Shown one piece after another: positions 1-12,154 of a DNA stretch of 32,000 nucleotides. The notes below the pieces were generated by a model, which had not been told where the DNA came from, made no database searches, and saw only the letters and a program-made list of their open reading frames with translations. A program made the position numbers and the translations under genes. Source of the stretch: Enterobacteriaceae endosymbiont of Donacia provostii (GTDB lineage: Bacteria > Pseudomonadota > Gammaproteobacteria > Enterobacterales > Enterobacteriaceae); assembly GCF_012570145.1 (NCBI RefSeq), contig NZ_CP046206.1:314955-346954 (forward strand), in the 5' to 3' direction. Each line of letters begins with the position of its first letter. The stretch's first letter is position 1.

Positions 1-3000
1 AATAAATCAGCTACTCTTGGTAATCCTCCAGTAATATCTTTAGTACCACCTGATTCTTGAGGTACTTTTGCTAAAATATCACCAGCATTAATATAACTAT
101 TATCTTTTAAATGTATAATAGATTTATTAGGTAAAAAATAATGTGCTGGCATATCAGTTCCAGATATTATTATATCTTCATTATTATCATTAACAATTTT
201 TATCATAGGTCTAAAATCTTTCCCTATTAATGGTCTTTCAGAAGTATCTAGAACAACAATAGATGCTAATCCTGTTAAATCATCAGTTTGTTTTATAATA
301 GTTTGTCCTTCTAACATATCAATAAATTTAACTTTACCACTTACTTCTGTAATAATTGGCATAGTATGAGGATCCCAATATGAAACTATTTCTCCTGATT
401 TAACATTAACTCCATTTTTTTTTGTTATAATAGCACCATATGGTATTTTATAACTTTCTATAATTTTATTTAAATGATTAATAATTTTTAATTCAGCATT
501 TCTAGAAATAACTACAAGTTTATTAACAGAATTAATAACTGATTTTACATTTGCTAGTTTTATAATTCCATGATTTTTTATTTGAATACTAGATTCTGTT
601 GCAGATCTTGATGCTGCACCTCCAATATGAAATGTACGCATTGTTAATTGTGTTCCTGGTTCACCTATAGATTGTGCTGCAATGACACCTACTGCCTCTC
701 CTTTATTTATAATATGTCCTCTAGCTAAATCACGCCCATAACAATATGAACATACACCAAAATGAGTTTCACAACTTACTACAGATCTTACTTTTATATT
801 ATCAATAGCATATTGTTCTAATATATTACAATATTTTTCATTTAATAATGTATTTCTAGGAATAAGAATAATTTTATTATGACTATCTTTTTTATAAATA
901 TTTTCTGCAGTTACTCTACCTAACACTCTTTCTCTTAAAGATTCTTTTATATTTCTTCCTGTAATAATAGAAGAAATTTTAATTCCTTTTAAAGTTAAAC
1001 AATCATCTTCTGTTATAACTAGATCTTGTGCTACATCTACTAATCTTCTTGTTAAATATCCGGAATTTGCTGTTTTTAATGCTGTATCAGCTAATCCCTT
1101 TCTAGCTCCATGAGTAGAAATAAAATATTGTAAAACATTTAATCCTTCTCTAAAATTAGCAATAATTGGAGTTTCAATAATGGAACCATCAGGTTTAGCC
1201 ATTAAACCTCTCATACCAGCTAATTGTCTAATTTGTGCAGCAGAACCTCGAGCTCCAGAATCAGCCATCATAAAAATATTATTAAAAGAACTTTGTTCTA
1301 CTGTAATACCATTTTTATTAATTACTTTTTCAATAGATAAGTTTTTCATCATAGCTTTTGATACTTTTTCATTAGCAGCAGCCCAAATATCAATAACTTT
1401 ATTATATCTTTCTCCTGCAGTTACTAAACCAGATTGAAATTGTTCTTGAATTTCATTTACTTCAGATTCTGCTTCATTAATAATTTCAATTTTATTATGA
1501 GGTATAAGTATATCATCTATACTTACAGAAGCACCGGATTTAGCTGCATAATAAAAACCAGTATACATAATTTGATCTGCAAAAATAACTGTAGATTTAA
1601 GTCCTAAAATTCTATAACATTTATTTAATATATAGGAAATATCTTTTTTACCTAAAGTCTTATTTATCATACTAAAAGGAATACCTTTAGGTACTTGATT
1701 CCAAAAAATAGCTCTACCAATAGTAGTTTTTACAATAATTTTATTTTTAATCCATTTATTTGTTAATAAATCTTTATTATATTCTTTAATTCTTACTTTT
1801 ATACGAGCATGTAAATCAGCTTGTCCTATATTATATACATATTCTGCTTCTTTAGGACCAGTTAATATCATTCCCTCTCCATAAGCATTGATTTTATCTT
1901 TAGTCATATAATATATTCCTAATACAACATCCTGAGATGGCACAATAATAGGTTCTCCATTTGCTGGAGATAAAATATTATTAGTAGACATCATTAAAAT
2001 ACGTGCTTCTAATTGTGCTTCTAATGTAAGAGGAATATGTACTGCCATTTGATCTCCATCAAAATCTGCATTATAAGCAGCACATACTAAAGGATGTAAC
2101 TGTATAGCTTTACCTTCAACTAAAAGGGGTTCAAATGCTTGTATTCCTAATCTATGTAAAGTAGGAGCCCTATTTAATAAAATAGGATGTTCCTTAATTA
2201 CTTCATCTAAAATATCCCATACTATGGGTTCTTCTTTTTCTACCATTTTTTTTGCAGATTTAATAGTATTTGCAAATCCTTTAATTTCTAATTTACTATA
2301 TATAAATGGTTTAAATAATTCTAATGCCATTTTTTTAGGCAATCCACATTGATGCAAATGTAAATAAGGACCAACAGTTATAACTGATCTTCCAGAATAA
2401 TCAACTCTTTTACCTAATAAATTTTGTCTAAATCTTCCTTGTTTACCTTTAATCATATCTGCTAAAGATTTTAGCGGACGTTTATTAGATCCTATTATTG
2501 CCTTACCTCTTCTTCCATTATCTAATAATGCATCAACTGCTTCTTGTAACATTCTTTTTTCATTTTTTATTATAATATCAGGGGCTGATAATTCTAATAA
2601 ACGTTTTAATCTATTATTACGATTTATAACTCTACGATATAAATCATTTAAATCTGATGTTGCAAATCTACCTCCATCTAAAGGGACTAAAGGTCTTAAA
2701 TCAGGAGGTAATACAGGTAATACATTCATAACCATCCATTCTGGTTTATTTCCAGAATATATAAAAGATTCTAATAATTTTATTCTTTTAGCTATTTTTT
2801 TTCTTTTAGTTTCTGAATGAGTATTATATAATTCATTACGTAATAATTTACATTCTTTTTTTAAATCTATATTTTTTAATAAATACTGTATTGCTTCTGC
2901 CCCCATTTTAGCTTCAAATTCATTTCCAAATTCTTCTAATAAATTTATATATTGTTCTTCAGATAAAATTTGTTTCTTTTCTAAAGATGTTATACCTTCA

Positions 3001-3443
3001 TTTATAACAACATAGGATTCAAAATATAAAACTCTTTCTATATCTCTTAATGTCATATTAAGTAATAATCCAATTCTAGAAGGTAATGACTTTAAAAACC
3101 ATATATGTGCAATAGGAGAAGCTAATTCTATATGTCCCATTCTATCTCTTCTTACTTTTGTTTGTGTAACTTCTACCCCACATTTTTCACAAACAACACC
3201 TCTATGTTTTAAACGTTTATATTTTCCACATAAACATTCATAATCTTTAATAGGACCAAAAATACGAGCACAAAATAAACCATCTCTTTCCGGTTTAAAT
3301 GTACGATAATTAATTGTTTCAGGTTTTTTAACTTCTCCAAAAGACCAAGATTTTATCATATCAGAAGAAGCTAGAGAAAGTTTTATTGAATCAAATTCTT
3401 CTATCTTATTTTTTGATTTTAAAAAATTAAATAAATCTTTCAC
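1..3443 (-). CDS. rpoC: DNA-directed RNA polymerase beta' subunit. It is 5'-complete but the 3' end runs off the left edge, leaving about 1147 of roughly 1400 codons in the window.
   Basis: My reverse-strand translation from GTG at 3443-3441 gives (M)[109 protein letters not shown], nearly identical to the E. coli RpoC N-terminus, which also starts with GTG. A GAGGT Shine-Dalgarno lies upstream. No minus-strand stop-bounded ORF is listed in 1-3443, consistent with an open frame leaving the window. It follows rpoB as in all bacteria. Confidence 0.95.
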   Translation of the reverse strand, partial: MKDLFNFLKSKNKIEEFDSIKLSLASSDMIKSWSFGEVKKPETINYRTFKPERDGLFCARIFGPIKDYECLCGKYKRLKHRGVVCEKCGVEVTQTKVRRDRMGHIELASPIAHIWFLKSLPSRIGLLLNMTLRDIERVLYFESYVVINEGITSLEKKQILSEEQYINLLEEFGNEFEAKMGAEAIQYLLKNIDLKKECKLLRNELYNTHSETKRKKIAKRIKLLESFIYSGNKPEWMVMNVLPVLPPDLRPLVPLDGGRFATSDLNDLYRRVINRNNRLKRLLELSAPDIIIKNEKRMLQEAVDALLDNGRRGKAIIGSNKRPLKSLADMIKGKQGRFRQNLLGKRVDYSGRSVITVGPYLHLHQCGLPKKMALELFKPFIYSKLEIKGFANTIKSAKKMVEKEEPIVWDILDEVIKEHPILLNRAPTLHRLGIQAFEPLLVEGKAIQLHPLVCAAYNADFDGDQMAVHIPLTLEAQLEARILMMSTNNILSPANGEPIIVPSQDVVLGIYYMTKDKINAYGEGMILTGPKEAEYVYNIGQADLHARIKVRIKEYNKDLLTNKWIKNKIIVKTTIGRAIFWNQVPKGIPFSMINKTLGKKDISYILNKCYRILGLKSTVIFADQIMYTGFYYAAKSGASVSIDDILIPHNKIEIINEAESEVNEIQEQFQSGLVTAGERYNKVIDIWAAANEKVSKAMMKNLSIEKVINKNGITVEQSSFNNIFMMADSGARGSAAQIRQLAGMRGLMAKPDGSIIETPIIANFREGLNVLQYFISTHGARKGLADTALKTANSGYLTRRLVDVAQDLVITEDDCLTLKGIKISSIITGRNIKESLRERVLGRVTAENIYKKDSHNKIILIPRNTLLNEKYCNILEQYAIDNIKVRSVVSCETHFGVCSYCYGRDLARGHIINKGEAVGVIAAQSIGEPGTQLTMRTFHIGGAASRSATESSIQIKNHGIIKLANVKSVINSVNKLVVISRNAELKIINHLNKIIESYKIPYGAIITKKNGVNVKSGEIVSYWDPHTMPIITEVSGKVKFIDMLEGQTIIKQTDDLTGLASIVVLDTSERPLIGKDFRPMIKIVNDNNEDIIISGTDMPAHYFLPNKSIIHLKDNSYINAGDILAKVPQESGGTKDITGGLPRVADL

Positions 3444-3513
3444 AAATTACTTACCTCAATTATATTACTAACTAGATTAGTAATCTTTTTATACTTTATT
3501 TATAAAATTTTAA

Positions 3514-6500
3514 TTATTTATTTTCTAAATTAATATTTAAACCTAATGAACGTATTTCTTTAAGTAATACATTAAAAGATTCCGGAATACCAGCATGCAT
3601 TTGATGATTACCATCTACTATATTTTTATACATTTTTGTTCTACCATTCACATCATCAGATTTTATTGTTAGCATTTCTTGTAATGTATATGCTGCTCCA
3701 TATGCTTCTAAAGCCCAAACTTCCATTTCACCAAATCGTTGTCCTCCAAATTGTGCTTTTCCACCTAATGGTTGTTGTGTAACAAGACTATATGAACCAG
3801 TAGATCTAGCATGCATTTTATCATCTACTAAATGATTTAATTTTAACATATACATATATCCAACTGTAACTGGTCTTTCAAAAGCTTCTCCTGTACGTCC
3901 ATCATACAATTTTATTTGTCCAGAAATTGGTAAATTCGATAATTTTAATAATTCTTTAATTTCTTTTTCGTTAGCTCCATCAAAAACTGGTGTAGCAATA
4001 GGCATACCTTTTTTTAAATTGTTTGCTAACAAAAGAATTTCTTTATCGGTAAAATGATTTAAATTTATATTTTGACATATATTATCACCTATATTATTAT
4101 AGGCTTTATCTAAAAATATACGTATTTTTTCTATGTTTTTTTTTTTTTTTAATAAAATACTAATTTGATCTCCTATTCCTTTAGCAGCCATACCTAAATG
4201 AGTTTCTAAAATTTGCCCTATATTCATTCTAGAAGGGACACCTAAAGGATTTAATACAATATCAACAGGAATACCATTTTGGTCATATGGCATATCTTCA
4301 ACAGGACAAATTTTAGATATAACACCCTTATTACCATGTCTACCAGCCATTTTATCCCCTGGTTGTACTTGTCTTTTAACAGCTAAATTTACCTTAATAA
4401 TTTTTAAAATACCAGGAGCTAAATCATTACCTTGTGTAATCTTAATTTTTTCTAAATTTATTTTTTTTTTAAATTTTATTTTGATTTCTTTATATTTTTT
4501 AATAAAATCATTTAATTTTTTTTGTTTTTTTTTATCTTTTATATGTAGAGAAGTTATCAAATCTATATCCATACTATTAAAATTAGTAGTAATAATTTTT
4601 TCTTTTAATAAAAAATCTTTTATATTTAAAAGTATATTTGTCTCAAAAATTTTTTGTTCTGTTAATAAATCTTCCTTAATTTGCATAAATTGCATTTCTT
4701 CTATTTCTAAAGTTCTCTTATCTTTTTTTACCCCATCTCTTGTAAAAATTTGTACATCTATAACAGTTCCATACATTCCATTAGGAACTCGTAAAGAAGT
4801 ATCTTTTACATCAGAAGCTTTTTCACCAAAAATTGCACGTAATAATTTTTCTTCAGGTGATAATTGAGTTTCACTTTTAGGTGTTACTTTCCCTACAAGA
4901 ATATCACCATTTTTTACTTCGGCACCAATATATACTATTCCACACTCATCTAATTTAGATAAAGATGATTCACTTACATTTGGTATATCAGAAGTAATTT
5001 CTTCAGATCCTAACTTTGTATCACGAGATATACAAGACAATTCCTGTATATGTATAGTAGTAAATTTGTCTTTTTGTACAACTTTTTCAGATAATAAAAT
5101 AGAATCTTCAAAATTATATCCATTCCATGGCATAAATGCTACCCGCATATTTTGTCCTAATGCTAATTCTCCTAAATCTGTAGCAGGACCATCAGCTAAT
5201 ATATCATTTTTTTGTATATATTCACCTAAATCAACACATGGTGTTTGATTTATACATGTATTTTGATTTGATCTTACGTATTTTTCTAAATGATAAATAT
5301 CAATGTTATTGATAACATTATTTCTTTTAATAATAATACGTTTAGAATCTACATATTCTACAATACCAGAATGTTTTGCAATAATTGTAACACCAGAATC
5401 TATAGCTACAATTTTTTCCATACCAGTTCCTACTAATGGTTTTTCAGTTTTTAATGTAGGTACTGCTTGTCTTTGCATATTAGCACCCATTAATGCTCTA
5501 TTAGCATCATCATGCTCTAAAAATGGTATTAAAGAAGCACCTACAGAAACAATTTGTTGTGTAGAAACATCCATATAATGGATTTGTTCTTTTTTAAAGA
5601 AACTTGCTTCTCCTTTATAACGACATGTAATAAAATCATCAATAATATATCCATTTTTATCAATATTAGTATTAGCTTGAGCAATAATAAAATTACCCTC
5701 CTCAATAGAGGATAAATAATTAATTTTATTAGTAACAAATCCATTTTTAACTAATCGATAAGGAGTTTCTAAAAATCCATATTCATTTGTTCTAGCATAA
5801 ACTGATAATGAATTAATTAAGCCAATATTAGGTCCTTCTGGTGTTTCTATAGGACATACCCTACCATAATGAGTAGGATGAACATCACGTACTTCAAATC
5901 CTGCCCTTTCTCTTGTTAATCCTCCTGGACCTAATGCAGAAATACGTCTTTTATGTGTAATTTCTGATAATGGATTATTTTGATCCATAAATTGTGAAAG
6001 TTGACTAGAACAAAAAAATTCTTTTAAAGCAGCAGAAATAGGTTTAGCATTTATCATATCCTGAGGCATTAAAGTTTCTAAATCTCCTAAAGATAATCTT
6101 TCTTTAACAGCTCTTTCAACACGAATTAAACCTATACGAAATTGATTTTCTGCCATTTCACCAATAGAACGAATTCTTCTATTACCTAAATGATCAATAT
6201 CATCAATACTACCATTACCATTACGAATAGTAATTAATTTTTGAATAACATCTACAATATCTTCTTTACTTAAAATTCCAGGTCCACAAATATTATTTCT
6301 TGATAATGAACGATTAAATTTCATTCTTCCAACAGGAGATAAATCATAACGATCTTCAAAAAAAAATAATTTTTTAAATAAAAGTTCTGCAGCTTCTTTA
6401 GTTGGAGGTTCTCCAGGACGCATCATTCTATAAATTTCTACTAAAGCATCTAAACGGTTAGTTGTATTATCTATTTTTAATGTTTCAGAAATATAAGAAC

Positions 6501-7527
6501 CATGATCTAAATCATTTGTAAAAATTGTTTCAATAATATTTTGATTAAGAAAAATTTTATTAATTATATCTATAGTTAAGGGATGATTTGCAGAAATAAT
6601 TACTTCACCAGTTGTTTTATCTATATAGTCTTTAATAACTATTTGTCCTACCATATATTCTATAGGAATATTAATATATTTGATATTATCCTTTTTTAAA
6701 CGATTAATATGATATAGAGTAATTCGTTTACCTTTTTCAATATAAGTAATATCGTTTTTTTTAATATCAAAAAATGCTGTTTCCCCTCTTAATCTATCTG
6801 GTATTAATTTTAATGTGATATTTTTATTTTTTATTTTATAAATATTTTTTTCAAAAAAAATGTTTAATATTTCTTCTACATCATAATTTAAAGCTCGTAA
6901 AATAATTGTAACTGGTAATTTTCTTCTTCTATCTATACGTACAAAAATATTATCTTTAGAATCAAATTCAAAATCTAACCAAGAACCTCTATAAGGAATA
7001 ATACGAGCATTATATAATATTTTACCTGAAGAATGTGTTTTTCCTTTATCACTATCAAAAAACACTCCAGGACTTCTATGTAATTGTGATACTACTACAC
7101 GTTCTATTCCATTAACTATAAAAGTACCATTTTTTGTCATTAATGGTATTTCTCCCATATATACTTCTTGTTCTTTTATATTTTTAATAGGTAATTCAGG
7201 ATTTTCTTTATCATAAATAATTAGTTGTAATTTTACTTTAATAGGAACTGCATATGTCATACCTCTAATATGACATTCTTTCATAGTAAATAATGATTTT
7301 CCTAAACGAAAACTCACATATTCTAATTTAGCATGTCCACTATAACTAGAAATAGGGAAAATACTTTTAAATGCAGCTTCTAAACCATATTGTCCTGTAG
7401 GATCTTGTGTTATAAATTTTTTAAATGAATCTATCTGGATAGAAAGTAAATATGGAATATTTAAAACTTGAGGTCTTTTTCCAAAATTTTTACGAATACG
7501 TTTTTTTTCAGTTTGAGAATAAACCAT
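3514..7527 (-). CDS. rpoB: DNA-directed RNA polymerase beta subunit
   Basis: This 1337-aa ORF starts [22 protein letters not shown] and carries the Rif-region motif [31 protein letters not shown]. It matches E. coli RpoB (1342 aa) along its full length. The dispensable region at about residues 940-1040 has diverged to Lys-rich low complexity. Confidence 0.99.
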   Translation of the reverse strand: MVYSQTEKKRIRKNFGKRPQVLNIPYLLSIQIDSFKKFITQDPTGQYGLEAAFKSIFPISSYSGHAKLEYVSFRLGKSLFTMKECHIRGMTYAVPIKVKLQLIIYDKENPELPIKNIKEQEVYMGEIPLMTKNGTFIVNGIERVVVSQLHRSPGVFFDSDKGKTHSSGKILYNARIIPYRGSWLDFEFDSKDNIFVRIDRRRKLPVTIILRALNYDVEEILNIFFEKNIYKIKNKNITLKLIPDRLRGETAFFDIKKNDITYIEKGKRITLYHINRLKKDNIKYINIPIEYMVGQIVIKDYIDKTTGEVIISANHPLTIDIINKIFLNQNIIETIFTNDLDHGSYISETLKIDNTTNRLDALVEIYRMMRPGEPPTKEAAELLFKKLFFFEDRYDLSPVGRMKFNRSLSRNNICGPGILSKEDIVDVIQKLITIRNGNGSIDDIDHLGNRRIRSIGEMAENQFRIGLIRVERAVKERLSLGDLETLMPQDMINAKPISAALKEFFCSSQLSQFMDQNNPLSEITHKRRISALGPGGLTRERAGFEVRDVHPTHYGRVCPIETPEGPNIGLINSLSVYARTNEYGFLETPYRLVKNGFVTNKINYLSSIEEGNFIIAQANTNIDKNGYIIDDFITCRYKGEASFFKKEQIHYMDVSTQQIVSVGASLIPFLEHDDANRALMGANMQRQAVPTLKTEKPLVGTGMEKIVAIDSGVTIIAKHSGIVEYVDSKRIIIKRNNVINNIDIYHLEKYVRSNQNTCINQTPCVDLGEYIQKNDILADGPATDLGELALGQNMRVAFMPWNGYNFEDSILLSEKVVQKDKFTTIHIQELSCISRDTKLGSEEITSDIPNVSESSLSKLDECGIVYIGAEVKNGDILVGKVTPKSETQLSPEEKLLRAIFGEKASDVKDTSLRVPNGMYGTVIDVQIFTRDGVKKDKRTLEIEEMQFMQIKEDLLTEQKIFETNILLNIKDFLLKEKIITTNFNSMDIDLITSLHIKDKKKQKKLNDFIKKYKEIKIKFKKKINLEKIKITQGNDLAPGILKIIKVNLAVKRQVQPGDKMAGRHGNKGVISKICPVEDMPYDQNGIPVDIVLNPLGVPSRMNIGQILETHLGMAAKGIGDQISILLKKKKNIEKIRIFLDKAYNNIGDNICQNINLNHFTDKEILLLANNLKKGMPIATPVFDGANEKEIKELLKLSNLPISGQIKLYDGRTGEAFERPVTVGYMYMLKLNHLVDDKMHARSTGSYSLVTQQPLGGKAQFGGQRFGEMEVWALEAYGAAYTLQEMLTIKSDDVNGRTKMYKNIVDGNHQMHAGIPESFNVLLKEIRSLGLNINLENK

Positions 7528-7618
7528 ATGGTTCCTCAGTTATCTGATAAATTAAAAAATTTAGTTGAATTAAAAGTTAATTTTATAAATAAGTTTTTTA
7601 CTGAAATTTTTTATAAAA

Positions 7619-7987
7619 TTATTTAATTTCTATTTCAGCTCCTGATGTTTTTAATTTAGATTCTAAATCTAATGCTTCTTGTTTCGAAATAGATTCTTTT
7701 AAGATTATAGGAGCTGATTCTACTAAATCTTTAGCTTCTTTTAATCCTAAATTCATAATACTTCTAACAGTTTTTATAACAGAAATTTTGTTATTTCCTA
7801 TACTTTTAAGATATATATTAAATTCAGTTTTTTCTTCTTTTTTATCTTGTTGTTTATTATTATTTTGTGAATTTGTTATTATACTAGAAACACCAAATTT
7901 TTTTTCTATAGAATTAATTAAATCCATTATATCTATAATGGACATTGATTCTATAGCTTCTATTATTTGTTCTTTAGTTACTGCCAT
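7619..7987 (-). CDS. rplL: 50S ribosomal protein L7/L12
   Basis: This 122-aa ORF has a C-terminal domain ...LGLKEAKDLVESAP...SGAEIEIK typical of L7/L12. It sits between rplJ and rpoB. Confidence 0.97.
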   Translation of the reverse strand: MAVTKEQIIEAIESMSIIDIMDLINSIEKKFGVSSIITNSQNNNKQQDKKEEKTEFNIYLKSIGNNKISVIKTVRSIMNLGLKEAKDLVESAPIILKESISKQEALDLESKLKTSGAEIEIK

Positions 7988-8030
7988 ATTATATTCCTAA
8001 AATATTAAAAATTATATTTATAAAATAAAT

Positions 8031-8519
8031 TTATTTTATATTTTTAATTGCAATTAAAACTCTATAAAATTTTCCTATAGAAATATCTTTGATAATTAAT
8101 AAAAAACGTATAATAGCTTCTTTATATGTAGGTAATTCTGCTAAATCATTGATATTTTCACTAGAAATTATTTGATTATTAAATGAGGCTGCTTTAATTA
8201 TTAAATTTTCATCTAATATACTAAATTTTTTTAGTAAACGTGCTGCAGTTCCAGGATGTTCAAATGAATAGGCAATTAATATTGGACCATGTATTAAAGG
8301 TCCTAAACATTCAAAATTACTACCTTTAATAATTAATTTTAATAATTTATTTCTAATAATACTTATTATAACATTCTGATTTTTACATTTTTTTCTTAAT
8401 ATATTTAAATTATTATTATTAACACCACAAAAACTAGCAATAACAGCTGATAATGCACGTTTATTTATTTTACTTATTTTTGCAACAATCATTTTTTTTT
8501 TTTTTAAATTTAAAGACAT
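8031..8519 (-). CDS. rplJ: 50S ribosomal protein L10
   Basis: This 162-aa ORF starts MSLNLKKKK and contains LIAYSFEHPGTAARLLKKF and LPTYKEAI, which parallel E. coli L10. It lies in rplKAJL order. Confidence 0.95.
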   Translation of the reverse strand: MSLNLKKKKMIVAKISKINKRALSAVIASFCGVNNNNLNILRKKCKNQNVIISIIRNKLLKLIIKGSNFECLGPLIHGPILIAYSFEHPGTAARLLKKFSILDENLIIKAASFNNQIISSENINDLAELPTYKEAIIRFLLIIKDISIGKFYRVLIAIKNIK

Positions 8520-8654
8520 TATAAGATTATTGCACTCCTAATATTTTATAAAATGATGATTATCATAATTTATAATATAAAATGATTCAAATAATTAATT
8601 TTTCATTAAAAATGATGACTATAATATATTTATTTTTTTTTGTAAAGAAAAATT

Positions 8655-9356
8655 TTAATTTAATAAATTAAGACATTCTTTAGTAATATTTAAAGCTATA
8701 CCCATAGTAGATGATATATATATTTTTTGTATAAAATTATTTTTTAATTGTATTGGTTTATATTTTTTTAAATTTTTTAAAAAAATTATTAAATTTTCTT
8801 TAATTTTATTGTTTTCAAAATTAATTTTACCGATCATAGTATGTATAATACCATTTTTATCATTACGAAAATTAATTTGTCCAGAACGAATATTTTTAAT
8901 TGCTTTATCTATTTCATTTGTTATAGTACCTAATTTAGGATTAGGCATTAGTCCTTTAGGTCCTAAAATAGGTCCTAACTTAGTAACTAAATCCATAGCT
9001 TTTGGAGTAGAAATAACTATATCGAAATTTTTTTCACCATTAGTAATTTTAGTTAATAAATCTTGCATTCCAACTAATTCTATCCCTAATTTTTTTGCTT
9101 GTATCGCTTCTTTTCCATCTGCAAAAACAGCTATTTTAATATTTTTTCCATTACCATGAGGTAAAAATACATTACCTCTAATATTTTGTTCAGTTTTTTT
9201 AGGATTAATACCTAAAATAATTGCAATATCAATACTTTCAATAAATTTAACTTTACTTAAAATTTTTAATTGATTAATGGCTTCTAAAATAGAAAATTGT
9301 TTTCTAAAATCTATATTTTCATATATTAATTTCATTCTTTTAGTTAGTTTTCTCAT
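8655..9356 (-). CDS. rplA: 50S ribosomal protein L1
   Basis: This 233-aa ORF contains motifs such as GPRGLMPNPK-like GPKGLMPNPKLGT. It lies 6 nt downstream of rplK. Confidence 0.97.
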   Translation of the reverse strand: MRKLTKRMKLIYENIDFRKQFSILEAINQLKILSKVKFIESIDIAIILGINPKKTEQNIRGNVFLPHGNGKNIKIAVFADGKEAIQAKKLGIELVGMQDLLTKITNGEKNFDIVISTPKAMDLVTKLGPILGPKGLMPNPKLGTITNEIDKAIKNIRSGQINFRNDKNGIIHTMIGKINFENNKIKENLIIFLKNLKKYKPIQLKNNFIQKIYISSTMGIALNITKECLNLLN

Positions 9357-9362
9357 AATATT

Positions 9363-9788
9363 TTAATCCTTAATTATTAAACCCATTGATATAGCAGTAC
9401 CTTTTATAGAAGACATCATAGATCTAATATTAGTTCCATTCATATCAATATATTTAATTTCTGCAATTTTACGAATTTGATCATTTGTAATTTCTCCTAC
9501 TTTATCTGTTTTAGGTTTATTAGCCCCTTTTTTAATATTTAATATCTTTTTTATTAATGCAGACACTGGAGGAGTTTTAGTTATAAATGTAAAAGTTTTG
9601 TCAACATAAATCGTAATAACTACAGGTATAGGTATTCCTTTTTCTAAATTACTAGTTTTTAAATTAAAATCCTTACAAAAATTCATAATATTTATACCAT
9701 GTTGTCCTAATGCAGGTCCAATAGGAGGACTAGGATTTGCACTACCTGCTGGAACTTGTAATTTAACATAAGTTTTAATTTTTTTCAT
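9363..9788 (-). CDS. rplK: 50S ribosomal protein L11
   Basis: This 141-aa ORF begins [42 protein letters not shown], which matches the L11 N-terminal domain. Confidence 0.98.
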   Translation of the reverse strand: MKKIKTYVKLQVPAGSANPSPPIGPALGQHGINIMNFCKDFNLKTSNLEKGIPIPVVITIYVDKTFTFITKTPPVSALIKKILNIKKGANKPKTDKVGEITNDQIRKIAEIKYIDMNGTNIRSMMSSIKGTAISMGLIIKD

Positions 9789-9856
9789 AATATAGAATCT
9801 CTATTTATTATTATTTATATATATATTATATTTTATATATATATGATTGTAAAAAA

Positions 9857-10402
9857 CTATCCTTTTTCTACTTGTCTAAAATCTAGATCAACAGGAGTTG
9901 ATCTACCAAAAATTGATACTGAAACTTTTAATCTATTTTTTTCATAATCTACTTCTTCTACTATTCCATTAAAATCCGAAAAAGGACCATCTTTTACTCT
10001 AATCATTTCTCCTGGTTCAAATATTGTTTTTGGTCTAGGTTTATCACCAATTTTTTGTAAACGTTTAATAATAATATTTACTTCTTTATCACTTATAGGA
10101 GAAGGATTATCAGATGTTCCTCCAATAAAACCTAAAACTTTAGGTACACTACGTACTAAATACCAACTTAATTCTTTCATTATCATATGTACTAATATAT
10201 ATCCGGGGAAAAATTTACGATCACTTCTATATTTTTGTCCTCCGCGTATTTCAACTATAGCTTCAGTAGGTACTAAAATTTTTCCAAATAAATTTTTCAT
10301 GTTATGAATTTTGATATATTCTTTTAATGATTTAGCTACACGTTTTTCAAAACCAGAACGAGCTTGAATAACATACCATTTTTTTGTTGAAGATTTATTC
10401 AT
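9857..10402 (-). CDS. nusG: Transcription termination/antitermination factor NusG
   Basis: This 181-aa ORF has [14 protein letters not shown] at the N-terminus and a KOW region, [43 protein letters not shown]. Its start lies 1 nt after the secE stop. Confidence 0.98.
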   Translation of the reverse strand: MNKSSTKKWYVIQARSGFEKRVAKSLKEYIKIHNMKNLFGKILVPTEAIVEIRGGQKYRSDRKFFPGYILVHMIMKELSWYLVRSVPKVLGFIGGTSDNPSPISDKEVNIIIKRLQKIGDKPRPKTIFEPGEMIRVKDGPFSDFNGIVEEVDYEKNRLKVSVSIFGRSTPVDLDFRQVEKG

Positions 10403-10403
10403 T

Positions 10404-10778
10404 TTATAACCTCGTTCCAGTTAAATAAGATATTATATAAATTAAAAAATTATCTAGTATATAGATAAGAAAAGATACAATTATAGTAATAATAACTATA
10501 ATATAAGTTGTATATAGCGTATCTTTATAAGAAGGCCATATAACTTTATATATTTCCATACGTGCATTATGTATAAATGCAAATAAAATTTTTCCTTGAT
10601 TTGTAGATATAATAATAAAACTAATTAAAGTTAATATAAAGAAAAATAAAGTTAAACGAACAAACAAACTCATATTTTGATAAAAAATACTACTAGCTAT
10701 AATAGTAATAATTAATATTAAAATATTAATACATTTGATAAAATTTTTTATGTTTTTTTTAAATTTTATAATATTCAT
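10404..10778 (-). CDS. secE: Preprotein translocase subunit SecE
   Basis: This 124-aa ORF is very hydrophobic, with about three predicted TM segments. It ends ...[31 protein letters not shown] like the conserved C-terminal SecE TM. It is immediately upstream of nusG. Confidence 0.9.
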   Translation of the reverse strand: MNIIKFKKNIKNFIKCINILILIITIIASSIFYQNMSLFVRLTLFFFILTLISFIIISTNQGKILFAFIHNARMEIYKVIWPSYKDTLYTTYIIVIITIIVSFLIYILDNFLIYIISYLTGTRL

Positions 10779-10861
10779 TATATATTAACCAAAAAATATT
10801 TATATAAAATATATAAATGCATGTTATTAATAATTTATATAATTTTATATATTACAACATA

Positions 10862-10893
10862 CAAAAGAATCAAAGGGATAATAATAATCCCTT
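10862..10893 (-). terminator. Candidate intrinsic terminator downstream of tuf
   Basis: The stem AAGGGAT (10873-10879) pairs with ATCCCTT (10887-10893) around a 7-nt loop. It begins 19 nt after the tuf stop. On the minus-strand transcript it is followed by UGAUUCUUUUGU. It is the only G/C-containing hairpin in the 134-nt tuf-secE spacer. Confidence 0.5.
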
Positions 10894-10912
10894 ATCTTCT
10901 TTTATAAAATAT

Positions 10913-12097
10913 TTATTTTAATACTTTTGTAACTACACCTGCCCCTACAGTACGTCCACCTTCACGAATAGCAAAACGTAAACCGTTTGACATAGCTATA
11001 GGATGAATTAATGTTACAACCATATTAATATTATCTCCAGGCATAACCATTTCAACATCAGATGGTAATTCTATAGTTCCTGTTACATCTGTAGTTCTAA
11101 AATAGAATTGTGGACGATATCCCTTAAAAAAGGCTGTATGTCTTCCACCTTCATCTTTTGATAAAATATAAACTTCTGCTTCAAATTTTGTATGGGGAGT
11201 GATCGAACCTGGTTTTGCTAAAACTTGACCTCTTTCTATATCTTCTCTTTTAATGCCTCTAAGTAAAATTCCAACATTTTCACCAGCACGTCCTTCATCT
11301 AATAATTTACGAAACATTTCTACACCAGTACAAATAGATTTAATAGTATTTCTAATACCTATAATTTCTACTTCTTCACCAACTTTTATAATACCTCTTT
11401 CTACTCTTCCAGTTACTACAGTACCTCTACCAGAAATAGAAAAAACATCTTCTATTGGTAATAAAAAAGGTTTATCAATTTCTCTAATAGGATTAGGTAT
11501 ATAAGTATCTAATGAATTTGCTAATTCGATAATTTTTTGTTCCCATATTTTATCACCTTCTAATGCTTTTAAAGCAGATCCTTGAATAATAGGAGTTTTA
11601 TCTCCAGGAAAATTATATTGTGTTAATAAATCACGTACTTCCATTTCTACTAGTTCTAATAATTCTTCATCATCAACTAAATCACACTTATTAAGAAATA
11701 CTATAATATAAGGTACTCCTACTTGTCTAGCTAATAAAATATGTTCTCTTGTTTGGGGCATAGGACCATCTGTTGCTGCAACAACTAATATTGCTCCATC
11801 CATTTGTGCAGCACCTGTAATCATATTTTTTACATAATCCGCGTGTCCTGGACAATCAACATGTGCATAATGACGATATTTTGTATCATATTCAACATGT
11901 GAAGTATTTATAGTTATACCTCTTGCTTTTTCTTCGGGTGCATTATCAATTTGATCAAATGCTTTTGCAGAACCACCATATTTTTTTGATAAAACAGTTG
12001 TTATAGCTGCTGTTAAAGTTGTTTTTCCATGGTCAACATGTCCTATAGTACCTACATTAATATGAGGTTTAGAACGTTCAAATTTTTTTTTAGACAT
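10913..12097 (-). CDS. tuf: Elongation factor Tu
   Basis: This 394-aa ORF starts [33 protein letters not shown] and matches EF-Tu along its full length. fusA is upstream, as for tufA. secE is downstream, as for tufB. Confidence 0.99.
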   Translation of the reverse strand: MSKKKFERSKPHINVGTIGHVDHGKTTLTAAITTVLSKKYGGSAKAFDQIDNAPEEKARGITINTSHVEYDTKYRHYAHVDCPGHADYVKNMITGAAQMDGAILVVAATDGPMPQTREHILLARQVGVPYIIVFLNKCDLVDDEELLELVEMEVRDLLTQYNFPGDKTPIIQGSALKALEGDKIWEQKIIELANSLDTYIPNPIREIDKPFLLPIEDVFSISGRGTVVTGRVERGIIKVGEEVEIIGIRNTIKSICTGVEMFRKLLDEGRAGENVGILLRGIKREDIERGQVLAKPGSITPHTKFEAEVYILSKDEGGRHTAFFKGYRPQFYFRTTDVTGTIELPSDVEMVMPGDNINMVVTLIHPIAMSNGLRFAIREGGRTVGAGVVTKVLK

Positions 12098-12154
12098 GAT
12101 ATAATCATCCTTCTAGTAAGAAATTTCAAAATAAATATTACTATTAATTAAGTT

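Noticed and set aside
1180-1437. An 85-aa plus-strand ORF
   Set aside because: It lies antisense inside the strongly conserved rpoC frame and gives a low-complexity product with no recognisable motif. It is a shadow ORF.
4481-5744. Four track ORFs within rpoB: three on the plus strand (4481-4867, 5066-5248, 5303-5578) and one on the minus strand (5541-5744)
   Set aside because: All lie inside rpoB, either antisense or out of frame. Their translations are Phe/Ile/Leu/Ser-rich mirror images of a Lys/Asn/Glu-rich gene, with no start context or homology.
7788-8000. A 70-aa plus-strand ORF over rplL. Similar antisense ORFs lie at 8809-9159 (in rplA), 11253-11504 (in tuf) and 15858-16079 (in tusC/tusD).
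   Set aside because: These are shadow ORFs antisense to highly conserved ribosomal, EF-Tu or Tus genes. Long stop-free antisense frames are expected in AT-rich coding DNA.
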